Shown here in pieces: positions 28,360-37,536 of a stretch of 64,000 nucleotides of DNA. Source of the stretch: a virus (taxonomy: Duplodnaviria > Caudoviricetes). Each line of letters opens with the position of its first letter. Position 1 is the first letter of the stretch. Under the pieces are notes generated by a model that ran no database searches, was not told the origin of the DNA, and saw only the letters and a program-made list of their open reading frames with translations. The position numbers were made by a program, and so were the translations under genes. The stretch is from IMG/VR virus record IMGVR_UViG_3300011008_002712; one strand, written 5' to 3'.

Positions 28360-28605
28360 ATGGAAGTAAAACTAACTATTGACGATGTAAGTAAGACTAT
28401 CCCTATGGAAGAAGCTTCTAAACTTCTAAACGATCTTCTTGAAGAAAGAAAATTAAACACGTTCCTTGATGTGATGCTATCTATTCATGAGTTTCAAGAG
28501 GATTTGGACGATGACGATTTTTGGGACATAATAGAAGATTGTGAATTAGAATTTATGTCAATTATCATTAGAGAAAGTTACATAGTATCAGCTCCATGCG
28601 AATAA
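28360..28605 (+). CDS. small acidic hypothetical protein
   Basis: 81-aa ORF, aaggag SD. Confidence 0.65.
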   Translation: MEVKLTIDDVSKTIPMEEASKLLNDLLEERKLNTFLDVMLSIHEFQEDLDDDDFWDIIEDCELEFMSIIIRESYIVSAPCE

Positions 28606-28619
28606 TTTTAGGAGAGAAA

Positions 28620-30629
28620 TTAATTTCTCTCCTTTTTGTCTTTTCTAATCAAAAGCAAATTATGATCAAATCTATTTGTTTTTGATGGGAATATGTTTGC
28701 TTCTTCATCAGTAAAAACCCAGTGCAAATGCAAATGATTTTCTTTTAATGTAAAAGCATAATCTTTTAAATTGTATAAATGTAATCCTATATGAAAAGTC
28801 TTGCATTTCATATAAAAAGCAGCTTTTTTAAGATTTTCAAAAACAAGATCTAACTCAATGCATTTTACATGTCTATTTTTCTTAATGTCAAGTTTTAATT
28901 GCTTTCTTACTTCTAAAAGAATATCTTGATTAATGTTTTTGTTATAGATGGGATTTAATTTTTCAATTGCTTCTTTTTTATTTACATAATCAACAATTTC
29001 ATAAATAAAATCATCTTTATTTAATTTCAGCAAACTTAAATTAGTATGAAAATGCTTAATTATATTGCTTTTGCAAGAAAACACATAAACGTTTTCATGA
29101 GTTATTTTGTTTTTAATCAAAATTATCTTTTCTTCTAAAGAATCCTTTAGAAGATGATTCAAATAAATTCTTCCATGTTTAGTGTTAAAAGAATTATTAT
29201 GATTTTTTATGTCTTCAATTTGTGCTTTTATTGCTTCTTGCTTAGATGTAAAATATTGAATTGCTTTAAAAGAACAACCAAAATTTTCAACAAACTTATT
29301 GACACTTGAGTTTATGTTTAGGTGATCTAATTTTTTGTTGCTAATCCCAACATAAATGACTTGATTCTGATACACAATGTGATATAAAAAATAGTTCGTG
29401 TTAATATTTTTAGTTTTTCTTATGCAATCGACGTTTACGGTAACGTTCTTTTTAGTAAATTCCCAATTCATACATTCATTATTAGATGTAATTCCACAGT
29501 AAAGTGTTCTATTAAAGCAATTTAATAAAATATTATTTTCGCGTAAATGATAATGTTTAGAAGCTTGTTTAGCATTAGCAAATACTTCGCCTGTAGTTGT
29601 ATTTAAGATATGTTTTGGATTGAATGAAATTTTTTCTTTATAAACTAATTTTTTAATTTTTTCATCAATTGGAAGTTTTGACATTAAATCGAATTTCTTA
29701 GAATAAATTTTGATAAAATAATTAACGTAATCTTTTGCTAATGAATAATCATAATATACTTTTAGAAGCTTTACGGAATAACAATCATCTTTCAGTTTAT
29801 AAAAATTTTTTATTTTAGTCAAAATAGATGATTTATTAAAACTCCATCTTGTCATTGATACAATCAATGGCTTATTATTTTTTGTAATAAGAAAAATCTT
29901 GAACATTTCTATCATTAAAGAAAATCTGTCTGCTTTTTTAAAAACAATTGGAACGTTTTCAATGAATTTACACGGTCTATTTTTTTGAATTGATTCACGA
30001 ATGTTATCACAATCTATTTTCGTTATTTTGCTCGCTTCATTTATGTCATAAAAAATTCTTTTATTTGTTAAACAAATAATTGCATTTTCGTTGAGTCTTG
30101 AATGACTCGCCATAATTTTTTCATGTATTTCTTTTTCTGATAGTTTTTCATATTCTTCTTTGAAACACCAGATCCTGCCATGATCATTTTTTCTTTTTCC
30201 AAAACATACATCTATAATAGACTGTTCACTGACATTAAAACATTTTGCTGCATCTTCTAAAAAATAATGTGTTTCATTATTTAATAAAACAACATTTATT
30301 TTATCTCTGTTTGTTTTGATTTGTTTATTTTCTTTAAATTTATAACTATTTCCCAAGACCTTGTTTTGTAATTGATAAAATTGTGAGTAGTGTTGCGTCC
30401 AATAAATTTCTCTTCTAAATCCAAGTTCTTTGTCATTTTTAACTGTTTCTAATAATTTTATGTCGAAATTGTCTATTCCATAAAAATGCATATAAGCGTA
30501 TGCAGCAGATTTTTTAGATTTTTTATGATTTGCCAATCTGTATTTTAATTTATTTTTTGTTATGCCAACGTAACAAATGTCATTAGTTTTTTTGTTAAAA
30601 ATGGCATAAATTTTGTAGTATGTATTCAT
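28620..30629 (-). CDS. free-standing GIY-YIG homing endonuclease with repeated GIY-YIG-like and NUMOD1-like modules
   Basis: KIYAIFNKKTNDICYVGIT..RL..H; FLYHIVYQNQVIYVGIS; (C/N)..T..(V/I)F....A modules. Confidence 0.8.
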   Translation of the reverse strand: MNTYYKIYAIFNKKTNDICYVGITKNKLKYRLANHKKSKKSAAYAYMHFYGIDNFDIKLLETVKNDKELGFRREIYWTQHYSQFYQLQNKVLGNSYKFKENKQIKTNRDKINVVLLNNETHYFLEDAAKCFNVSEQSIIDVCFGKRKNDHGRIWCFKEEYEKLSEKEIHEKIMASHSRLNENAIICLTNKRIFYDINEASKITKIDCDNIRESIQKNRPCKFIENVPIVFKKADRFSLMIEMFKIFLITKNNKPLIVSMTRWSFNKSSILTKIKNFYKLKDDCYSVKLLKVYYDYSLAKDYVNYFIKIYSKKFDLMSKLPIDEKIKKLVYKEKISFNPKHILNTTTGEVFANAKQASKHYHLRENNILLNCFNRTLYCGITSNNECMNWEFTKKNVTVNVDCIRKTKNINTNYFLYHIVYQNQVIYVGISNKKLDHLNINSSVNKFVENFGCSFKAIQYFTSKQEAIKAQIEDIKNHNNSFNTKHGRIYLNHLLKDSLEEKIILIKNKITHENVYVFSCKSNIIKHFHTNLSLLKLNKDDFIYEIVDYVNKKEAIEKLNPIYNKNINQDILLEVRKQLKLDIKKNRHVKCIELDLVFENLKKAAFYMKCKTFHIGLHLYNLKDYAFTLKENHLHLHWVFTDEEANIFPSKTNRFDHNLLLIRKDKKERN

Positions 30630-30657
30630 TTGAAAATTATCCTTTAAAAAGAGAGGA

Positions 30658-31812
30658 TTATGTCAGGTTTGTTATTAAATGATAAATGTCTTCATTTTTA
30701 GCAATACTAAGACTAATTTGTTCATAATCAATACCACAAAAGTGGCTTAGATCAGTAATGCTATTAAAAATTTCGTTTTTATATCTTATTTTGCGTTTAT
30801 CAATTCTTTTGTGAGGTTTTATGATATACTGTTCGTATAACTCGAAGTTGCTTTTATTCAATTTATGTTTGGCTTCATTGTAATCAAGATGTTCTGCTAA
30901 GATATATCCATCATTTTGAGTATAAGGAATGTTTTGTTTTAGTTTTTCATCGATTTTATAATGAAATTTTTCTTGTTTGATAAAATCGCCATAAATAAAA
31001 ATTTTGTCTTGTATTAAATTTATGATCATAACACTTGTATATCTATCAAATCCAATGTTTTTGCCTTTGTTTGCTTGAGAAATTTTTTGTTTGTGGCTTT
31101 CTGTATGAGGTACGCCAAGCTTTTTTTCTTGTGCTGCTTTTGTTCCAGCGAGAATACATTCTCTCGATGGGTGATTTCCTGTTTGTATGTTTTGCAGATC
31201 ATAGTGTTTGCTGTATTGAGTGATAAACTTCTCTTTTTCATAATTTAATTCTTTTTTTGATTGGCAAATTTTAAGTATCTTAAAATTAACATTATTTAAA
31301 TCTAAATTGAATTTGGATTTAATACGTTTTAATGATACATACATATCGTTCCCATGGCCAATATATATCGGTTGATCATTTTGCAATATCAAATAAATGT
31401 AAAATTTGTCGTTAAGTTTATCTAACGATTTTGCTTTTAGTTCTACAGCACAAAATTTTTTATATTTTCGATTGCTTGTTTCTTCTCCAATTTGTAATTT
31501 TCTTTCTTCACTCAATTTAGAACCTATGCATTCATTAAGAAGTGGAGCATTTTTCTTCATATATTCCAATGTCCAATTATACTCTTTTTCAAATGCTTTT
31601 TCTTTTCCTATAACATATTCTAAAACTTCTATAGATAAATCATGTCTAGTGTAATTATTCTTTAATAGAAATTTTCCTATTTTGTTATTTTTTTGAACGT
31701 GACAATGTAGACGGTCTTTTAATGACATTGAAGTCATGCCGATGTATATTATTTGGTTTGTTGGTATGAGAACGATTTTATAGATTGAATATAGTTTGTC
31801 GTTATCGATCAT
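30658..31812 (-). CDS. free-standing GIY-YIG endonuclease with two GIY-YIG domains and a NUMOD3 motif
   Basis: SIYKIV...IIYIGMT..RL..H; YIYLILQNDQPIYIGHG; HTESHKQKISQANKGK; start MIDNDK behind aaggag. Confidence 0.82.
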   Translation of the reverse strand: MIDNDKLYSIYKIVLIPTNQIIYIGMTSMSLKDRLHCHVQKNNKIGKFLLKNNYTRHDLSIEVLEYVIGKEKAFEKEYNWTLEYMKKNAPLLNECIGSKLSEERKLQIGEETSNRKYKKFCAVELKAKSLDKLNDKFYIYLILQNDQPIYIGHGNDMYVSLKRIKSKFNLDLNNVNFKILKICQSKKELNYEKEKFITQYSKHYDLQNIQTGNHPSRECILAGTKAAQEKKLGVPHTESHKQKISQANKGKNIGFDRYTSVMIINLIQDKIFIYGDFIKQEKFHYKIDEKLKQNIPYTQNDGYILAEHLDYNEAKHKLNKSNFELYEQYIIKPHKRIDKRKIRYKNEIFNSITDLSHFCGIDYEQISLSIAKNEDIYHLITNLT

Positions 31813-31861
31813 AAAAATCTCCTTTATTAAAAGGAGGAGAAAAATTCTCCTCCTTAATTTT

Positions 31862-32155
31862 TTATAAATGTTTGACTCTGTCTCTCTCTTCACATTGCTT
31901 TGCGTAATTCCATCTATCAAGACTAGTTGTCAAATATCCAGTTATCCTTCTCAACCTCTCAATTTTGTTTGGTTGGATATAACTTACTTCAAGATCTAAT
32001 TCATCATTATCATTGAATGACGCAACGATTATATCAACATCTTCTTTTTCTGTTTTATTTTCTTGAACATACTTAACAATTTCAGCTGCTAAATCTTTAT
32101 TTAATTTTTCACTGTTGCTTTTAACTGCAATATTTTCTATTCTAATGGTTCTCAT
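31862..32155 (-). CDS. separately encoded glycyl-radical domain of anaerobic ribonucleotide reductase
   Basis: IERLRRITGYL...RWNYAKQCEERDRVKH, the canonical NrdD C-terminus. Confidence 0.9.
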   Translation of the reverse strand: MRTIRIENIAVKSNSEKLNKDLAAEIVKYVQENKTEKEDVDIIVASFNDNDELDLEVSYIQPNKIERLRRITGYLTTSLDRWNYAKQCEERDRVKHL

Positions 32156-32167
32156 TTTAGTTCCTCC

Positions 32168-34432
32168 TTAACAATGACAATGCATTTTTATATGTTCTTT
32201 TTCAATATGGTCTTTTTGTCCACATTTTGGACATTCATTGTCAATAATACCAACATATCCGCAATTGGTGCAAGTATCATTAGCATGATTAATAGCAAAA
32301 TATGTACAATCATAATCATGCATAGCTCGTACTATTTTTTCGAAAGCTGGCAGGTTTTTAGTTGGATCCCCATCCATTTCAATATATGCTATAGCACCAG
32401 CATTACATAATTCATGATATGGAGCTTCTATTTTTATTTTATCAATTGCACGAATTGGATAATAAACTGGCACGTGACTAGAATTTGTCATATATTCTCT
32501 ATCAGTTACGCCTTTTATTTTACCATAATGATTTTGATTAGAACGATTCAATGTACCAGCAGTTGATTCAGCTGGCGTAGCAAAAAGTGACCAATTCAAA
32601 TGAGTCTGTTCTGTATATTTATCTGTCATTTTTCTCATATGACCGATAATTTCAAGACCAAGTTTTTGAGCTTCTTCACTTTCACCATGATGTTTTCCGA
32701 TTAATGCAACTAAAGCTTCTGCTAATCCGCAAAAACCAATTGAAATAGAAGCATGTTTGAGAACTTCTCTTACTGTATCATATTTGTCTAATTTTTCACT
32801 GTCCATCCAAATATGCTGACCAATTAAAAATGGATAATTATATGCATGGCGTTTTCCAATTAAATTATACCGCCAAGTAAGTTGTTGCTTAGCCAAATCC
32901 ATATATTTGTCGAGAAGTTTATAAAATTCTTTGATATCTTTTTTAGACTCAATAGCCATTTTAGGTAAATTCAATGTTGTAAAAGAAAAATTACCTCTGC
33001 TCGTGACAATTTGTGGCCCATTTACATTGCCTATCACGCGCGTTCTGCATCCCATTGCAGCGATTTCTGTACGAGGATCTCCAGGTACATAATACTTCAA
33101 ATTATATGGTGCATCTATATTAACAAAATTTGGGAAAAGACGTTTGGCTGAAACTCTTATTGCAAGTTTAAACAAATCATAATTTATATCATCTTCATTA
33201 TAATTAATTCCAGATTTCAATTTGAATACTGTTATTGGAAAAATTGGAGTTTCTCCATTGCCTAATCCTTTTTCAACAGAAAGCAAAAGTTTTTCAATTA
33301 CTAATCTGCCTTCTGGTGTCGTGTCTGTGCCAAAATTAAGAGAACTAAAAGGTACTTGGGCGCCAGCTCTTGAATGCAACGTATTAAAATTGTGCACAAC
33401 TGCTTCCATTGCCTGATATGTCTCATTTTCAGTTTCTCTGCACGCAAATTCGTATATAACTGGAAATGCATCTAAAATCAATTCAGCATTTTCATTAAAA
33501 ATTTCTTTTAGTTGTTTTTCTATAGAAATTTTAGTCTTATTTAATGTCTTATAATCTCTTTTATTTTCTTTTGTTTCTCCATAATAGAAATTGTTAAAAT
33601 CAATTTGTTTTAATGTTTTCAGTATCTTTTTTGCACTTGATAAATTAATCCATTCAATTCCTATTTTATAAACTGCTGCTATCCATATTTGATGGATGAT
33701 TGATTTTTTAAAAGTCTTTTTGACTCCTTCAGCCATTGCATAATCAAAACAAGCTATGCTTTGACCACCATATTGTTCATTTTGATTTGCTTGTATTGCG
33801 ATGCACGCAAGAGCAGCATAAGAACGTATTGATTGTGGCTCTCTAATTTTTCCATTTCCTGTCGAAAAACCTTTATGAAACAACTTGAGCAAATCTATTT
33901 GAATGCAGTTCCAAGCTAAATTAGAGAAGTCTTTGTCATGGATGTGGATCCATCCTTCTTTCATGGCTTCTACAAATTCTTTTGGCATGATATAATTATC
34001 AATAAAATATTTACTAGCTTCTGTCCCATATTTTAACATTGAGCCAGCCATAGAATTTGTATTTATATTTGCATTGTCTCTTCTGCTTTCCATTTCATCC
34101 GCAGATTTAAATGTCAAATCTACGAATTCTGTCATTAGTTTTTCTGCATCGTTCCTTCTTTTCTTATGTTCAGAACGATATATAATGTACGATTTTGCAG
34201 TATTTATATACTGAGATTTCATTAAGATGTTTTCCGTTGCTTCTGAAATTTTATCAACAGATGGAACTTTTACATCTTTAAAATAATTTTCTATTTCTTT
34301 AACGACGTCGCTAATTTGAGCAATATTCATTCTTTTATCTTTGCTATTTCTATTTGCATGTTTTATAGCATTAAAAATTTTTGAATCGTCGTAATCAACA
34401 ATTTTGCCGTCTCTTTTTTTGACTTTAAACAA
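32168..34432 (-). CDS. nrdD: anaerobic (class III) ribonucleoside-triphosphate reductase lacking the glycyl-radical tail
   Basis: ATP-cone VKKRDG, IHIHDKD, QYGGQS, SRAGAQVPFSSLNFG, PIFP, MGCRT, ATPAES, YMTNSSH, C-terminal CxxC-CxxC. Confidence 0.96.
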   Translation of the reverse strand: MFKVKKRDGKIVDYDDSKIFNAIKHANRNSKDKRMNIAQISDVVKEIENYFKDVKVPSVDKISEATENILMKSQYINTAKSYIIYRSEHKKRRNDAEKLMTEFVDLTFKSADEMESRRDNANINTNSMAGSMLKYGTEASKYFIDNYIMPKEFVEAMKEGWIHIHDKDFSNLAWNCIQIDLLKLFHKGFSTGNGKIREPQSIRSYAALACIAIQANQNEQYGGQSIACFDYAMAEGVKKTFKKSIIHQIWIAAVYKIGIEWINLSSAKKILKTLKQIDFNNFYYGETKENKRDYKTLNKTKISIEKQLKEIFNENAELILDAFPVIYEFACRETENETYQAMEAVVHNFNTLHSRAGAQVPFSSLNFGTDTTPEGRLVIEKLLLSVEKGLGNGETPIFPITVFKLKSGINYNEDDINYDLFKLAIRVSAKRLFPNFVNIDAPYNLKYYVPGDPRTEIAAMGCRTRVIGNVNGPQIVTSRGNFSFTTLNLPKMAIESKKDIKEFYKLLDKYMDLAKQQLTWRYNLIGKRHAYNYPFLIGQHIWMDSEKLDKYDTVREVLKHASISIGFCGLAEALVALIGKHHGESEEAQKLGLEIIGHMRKMTDKYTEQTHLNWSLFATPAESTAGTLNRSNQNHYGKIKGVTDREYMTNSSHVPVYYPIRAIDKIKIEAPYHELCNAGAIAYIEMDGDPTKNLPAFEKIVRAMHDYDCTYFAINHANDTCTNCGYVGIIDNECPKCGQKDHIEKEHIKMHCHC

Positions 34433-34689
34433 ATATATTGCACTTCCTTTCTTAGTATCGTTACCGAAACTAATTCTATTTTAGTCAAAAAAATCATCGA
34501 TGATTTTTATTTTTGTTTGTTTTGTAATAAATAAATACTGTTTGTTTTGCTGAAAAAAACAGTCTGCATAGAGCAGACTGAATTGAAAACCACAATGTGT
34601 GTATTTAATTACATAAACGCCATGTTGTTGAAAATTCATTTTTATTTATTTTTAATTTGACAAAAAAAGATTAAAATAAATAAAGGAGG

Positions 34690-35208
34690 GTGAACAATTT
34701 GACGGCAAAATTAATTAACATTTATGGTGCACCGGGATCTGGCAAATCAACGACAGCTGCTGGATTATTTTATGAAATGAAGAAAAAACATTATAAAGTA
34801 GAACTCGCATATGAATGGATAAAATTAAAAGTATATGAAGGAACTCCATATCCATTTATCGATCAGATTTACACGTTTGGAAAACAAAACAAACAAATTA
34901 ATCAATTAAAGAATGCAGTTGATTACATCATTACTGATTCACCGTTATTGTTATCTTTATACTATGGGAAAAACGAAACAGAAGAATTTAAAGCATTAGT
35001 GAGAAAAAGTTATTTCAATTACGATAATTATGATTTTATTGTTGAAAGAAATCATCCTTATTCAGAATATGGACGCAATCAAAATGAGCAAGAGAGCGAT
35101 GATATTCAAAAAGAAATTATAAAAACGTTAAGAGATACTGGAGTAAAATACAATTTAATAAAAAGCACGGATGCTGTCAACGATATTCTAAAAATTATGA
35201 ACCTATAG
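34690..35208 (+). CDS. P-loop nucleotide kinase-like ATPase (NadR/AAA_28-like)
   Basis: INIYGAPGSGKST, ITDSPLLL, GRNQ. Confidence 0.85.
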   Translation: MNNLTAKLINIYGAPGSGKSTTAAGLFYEMKKKHYKVELAYEWIKLKVYEGTPYPFIDQIYTFGKQNKQINQLKNAVDYIITDSPLLLSLYYGKNETEEFKALVRKSYFNYDNYDFIVERNHPYSEYGRNQNEQESDDIQKEIIKTLRDTGVKYNLIKSTDAVNDILKIMNL

Positions 35209-35276
35209 CACGCATTCTAGAACTGACTAGAATGACATTAATTTTGATACGAACATAGTTTTATGGAGGCTTTAAA

Positions 35277-35648
35277 ATGAAGAAATACCTAAGAAAAACA
35301 GCAGAAGATAATTATCAATTGAATCGCACTTATGATATTTTAATGAATAACAATATTTTTTCAAATGAAGATATATACAAATTTACTGGGCATACATATA
35401 AATCATGGGAAAATGCGAATTCAGAAGGATATATTGAAGAACATTATGATCTTTTTGAAGAATGGTTGAGAGACTATGTTATTGCAATTTCTCAAGATAT
35501 TATTGAGAAAGCAAAAAATGAAAATGATGAATTTGCTTCAAATTATAGTGTATTGCGTGATTCAGAAAAAGAAGAATTATTAGATAAATTGAATCGTTAT
35601 ATATTGAATAAACATGAAGAAATAGAGAAAGCGATTAAAAATGTATAA
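35277..35648 (+). CDS. hypothetical protein with MKKYLRKTA leader
   Basis: 123-aa ORF, ggagg SD. Confidence 0.75.
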   Translation: MKKYLRKTAEDNYQLNRTYDILMNNNIFSNEDIYKFTGHTYKSWENANSEGYIEEHYDLFEEWLRDYVIAISQDIIEKAKNENDEFASNYSVLRDSEKEELLDKLNRYILNKHEEIEKAIKNV

Positions 35649-35829
35649 AATAATTACTGATGAGCAAATGAATCAAATAATTGATGATTATTTAACCAGC
35701 AAAATAATAATAAACGATAAATTTCTATCAAGACGTGAAAATCAATATTTTGCATTAGACATGACAAATAATCATTATTCAATAGAATTATTTGATGACA
35801 AACAATTAGCAAAAGAGTTTTTGAGATGA
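35641..35829 (+). CDS. small hypothetical protein
   Basis: 62-aa ORF in operon. Confidence 0.6.
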   Translation: MYKIITDEQMNQIIDDYLTSKIIINDKFLSRRENQYFALDMTNNHYSIELFDDKQLAKEFLR

Positions 35830-36107
35830 ACAAAATAGATTGGCAAGAATTATCTATTGAGAAATCTTCTATACTTAATATTAGAGAAGCAAGATATATT
35901 CAATCGGAAGACAATTATGGCTATCCTTTTATGTTATGTATGGGGAAAGATAAATTTGGTCAGATGAAATTGTTTTTGATTGAATGTATAAATAACGACT
36001 ATAAAGTATATTTATGCAAAGATGAAGAAGAATGCGATAATACAGCTTTTAAGATAATTGTATATCTTATCAATAATGGAAAAGTAATTGACTTTTTAAA
36101 ACAATAA
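35826..36107 (+). CDS. hypothetical protein
   Basis: 93-aa ORF, ATGA coupling. Confidence 0.65.
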   Translation: MNKIDWQELSIEKSSILNIREARYIQSEDNYGYPFMLCMGKDKFGQMKLFLIECINNDYKVYLCKDEEECDNTAFKIIVYLINNGKVIDFLKQ

Positions 36108-36131
36108 AGCCACTCATTTGAGAGTGGCTTT
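36106..36131. terminator. bidirectional terminator
   Basis: aaagccactc-atttga-gagtggcttt. Confidence 0.75.
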
Positions 36132-36136
36132 TTATT

Positions 36137-37042
36137 TTAGAAAATATCACCATTGAGATCATCTTCTACATCACTGTCAATGCCAAGAGCTCGTGTTACT
36201 TTTGAGATATCAATATCATCTTCTTTGGGAAGCTTACGCTCTTTCTTATCTTTTTTAACTTTTTCATCAGCACTGAAATCATTGATATATGTACGGAAAA
36301 CTTCTTCAATAAGTTCACCTTCTGCTTTTGATACTATCCCATTCGGTCCAGCATATCGACGAGAATATAGTAAAACACAATCCTGGCTTCCATCTTTGCA
36401 CTTTGGACGATTATCGCTCCACACAACAGCCGTATAATATGTATTCAATTTGTCAAAAATTCTTGCATGTACTGCGACTCTTCCATACCTGCAAGTGTCT
36501 GCATATTTTACTAATTCTCCAACAACTTTTTGCTTTTGAGCAACGCTCAAAGAAGGATATTTTGCCCAAAATCCGTCACTAGTAGGAATAACCTTGTTTC
36601 TATTTACGTCATTCTTACCTGCTTCATCAAGTTCTAATTCATAAATTTCATCCTGAATTTCTTTTTCTTTGGGGTCATAGCCATAAAGCTTGATGTTGTT
36701 TTCACGAATTCTACGCTCGCGATTCTCTTTTTCGATCATGTCTTTGCGAGCAATATCATCTTTGATTGCAGCATCACGTGTTTCATAAATAAAACTTGTT
36801 ACAGCGTAGCGATAATAAAATGATGTATTGTGAAAAAGGATGTTGAAAGAAGAAGTTACTTCATTTTTGATTGCCTCATCATAGAGTACAGCCAAACGAA
36901 GCTTGTCTTCTTGCGTGCCCTGACGACGAAGCTTATTGAACATATACATCCAATAAAAATATGCAACAAATCCAAAAACAAATCCGCTATCCAAAGGAGC
37001 TGACCAATCATTCATCCATTCGTAATTGGGATTTTTATACAT
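36137..37042 (-). CDS. hypothetical early protein
   Basis: 301-aa ORF with own sigma-A promoter. Confidence 0.8.
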   Translation of the reverse strand: MYKNPNYEWMNDWSAPLDSGFVFGFVAYFYWMYMFNKLRRQGTQEDKLRLAVLYDEAIKNEVTSSFNILFHNTSFYYRYAVTSFIYETRDAAIKDDIARKDMIEKENRERRIRENNIKLYGYDPKEKEIQDEIYELELDEAGKNDVNRNKVIPTSDGFWAKYPSLSVAQKQKVVGELVKYADTCRYGRVAVHARIFDKLNTYYTAVVWSDNRPKCKDGSQDCVLLYSRRYAGPNGIVSKAEGELIEEVFRTYINDFSADEKVKKDKKERKLPKEDDIDISKVTRALGIDSDVEDDLNGDIF

Positions 37043-37079
37043 ATATTATCATCCTTTCTTTTCCTTACCTCTTGATTAG

Positions 37080-37108
37080 ATTATACCATAATATCTACAG
37101 ATTGTAAA
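37080..37108 (-). promoter_or_regulatory. sigma-A-type early promoter
   Basis: cTATTTACA-N17-TGgTATAAT on minus strand. Confidence 0.8.
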
Positions 37109-37152
37109 TAGCTTTTTTAAAAAAAATAAAAAGACTCTCATTAGAGAGCCTT

Positions 37153-37536
37153 TTATTCTTGTTTTTCAAAGAAGTTATCACTTAATATTGATTTAAGATA
37201 ATTATCATCTTTAAAGTAACTGAGTTCTTGGTTTAATGATTTACTAAATTCAGAAATATTTTGAGCATCTTCATTTGTTGGCAGTAACACAACTTGCTGA
37301 AGCTTCTGATATAGTTTTGGATGCTGATTATATAAATTATTGAAATCTTCATATAATCTCATATATGTTTCTACAAGATTATCAGCTGATTCTTTTATTT
37401 CTAAAAGTTTTGCTCTTGCAGATTTAAATTCTTCTTCATCTACATCATTATTGAAAATGATTTCTTCATCATTTGCTATTTTCTTCAGTCTCTTTTTCCG
37501 CGATGATTTTATCAAGTTCTTGTTGATTGACCTCAT
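37153..37536 (-). CDS. hypothetical protein with KKRLKKIA leader
   Basis: 127-aa ORF, ggaggaagga SD. Confidence 0.7.
   Translation of the reverse strand: MRSINKNLIKSSRKKRLKKIANDEEIIFNNDVDEEEFKSARAKLLEIKESADNLVETYMRLYEDFNNLYNQHPKLYQKLQQVVLLPTNEDAQNISEFSKSLNQELSYFKDDNYLKSILSDNFFEKQE

Noticed and set aside
34440-34690. NrdR boxes or riboswitch upstream of nrdD
   Set aside because: accacaatgtgtgt and caatatatttg do not fit the 16-bp NrdR palindrome spacing; only a simple hairpin (cagtctgc/gcagactg) is evident.
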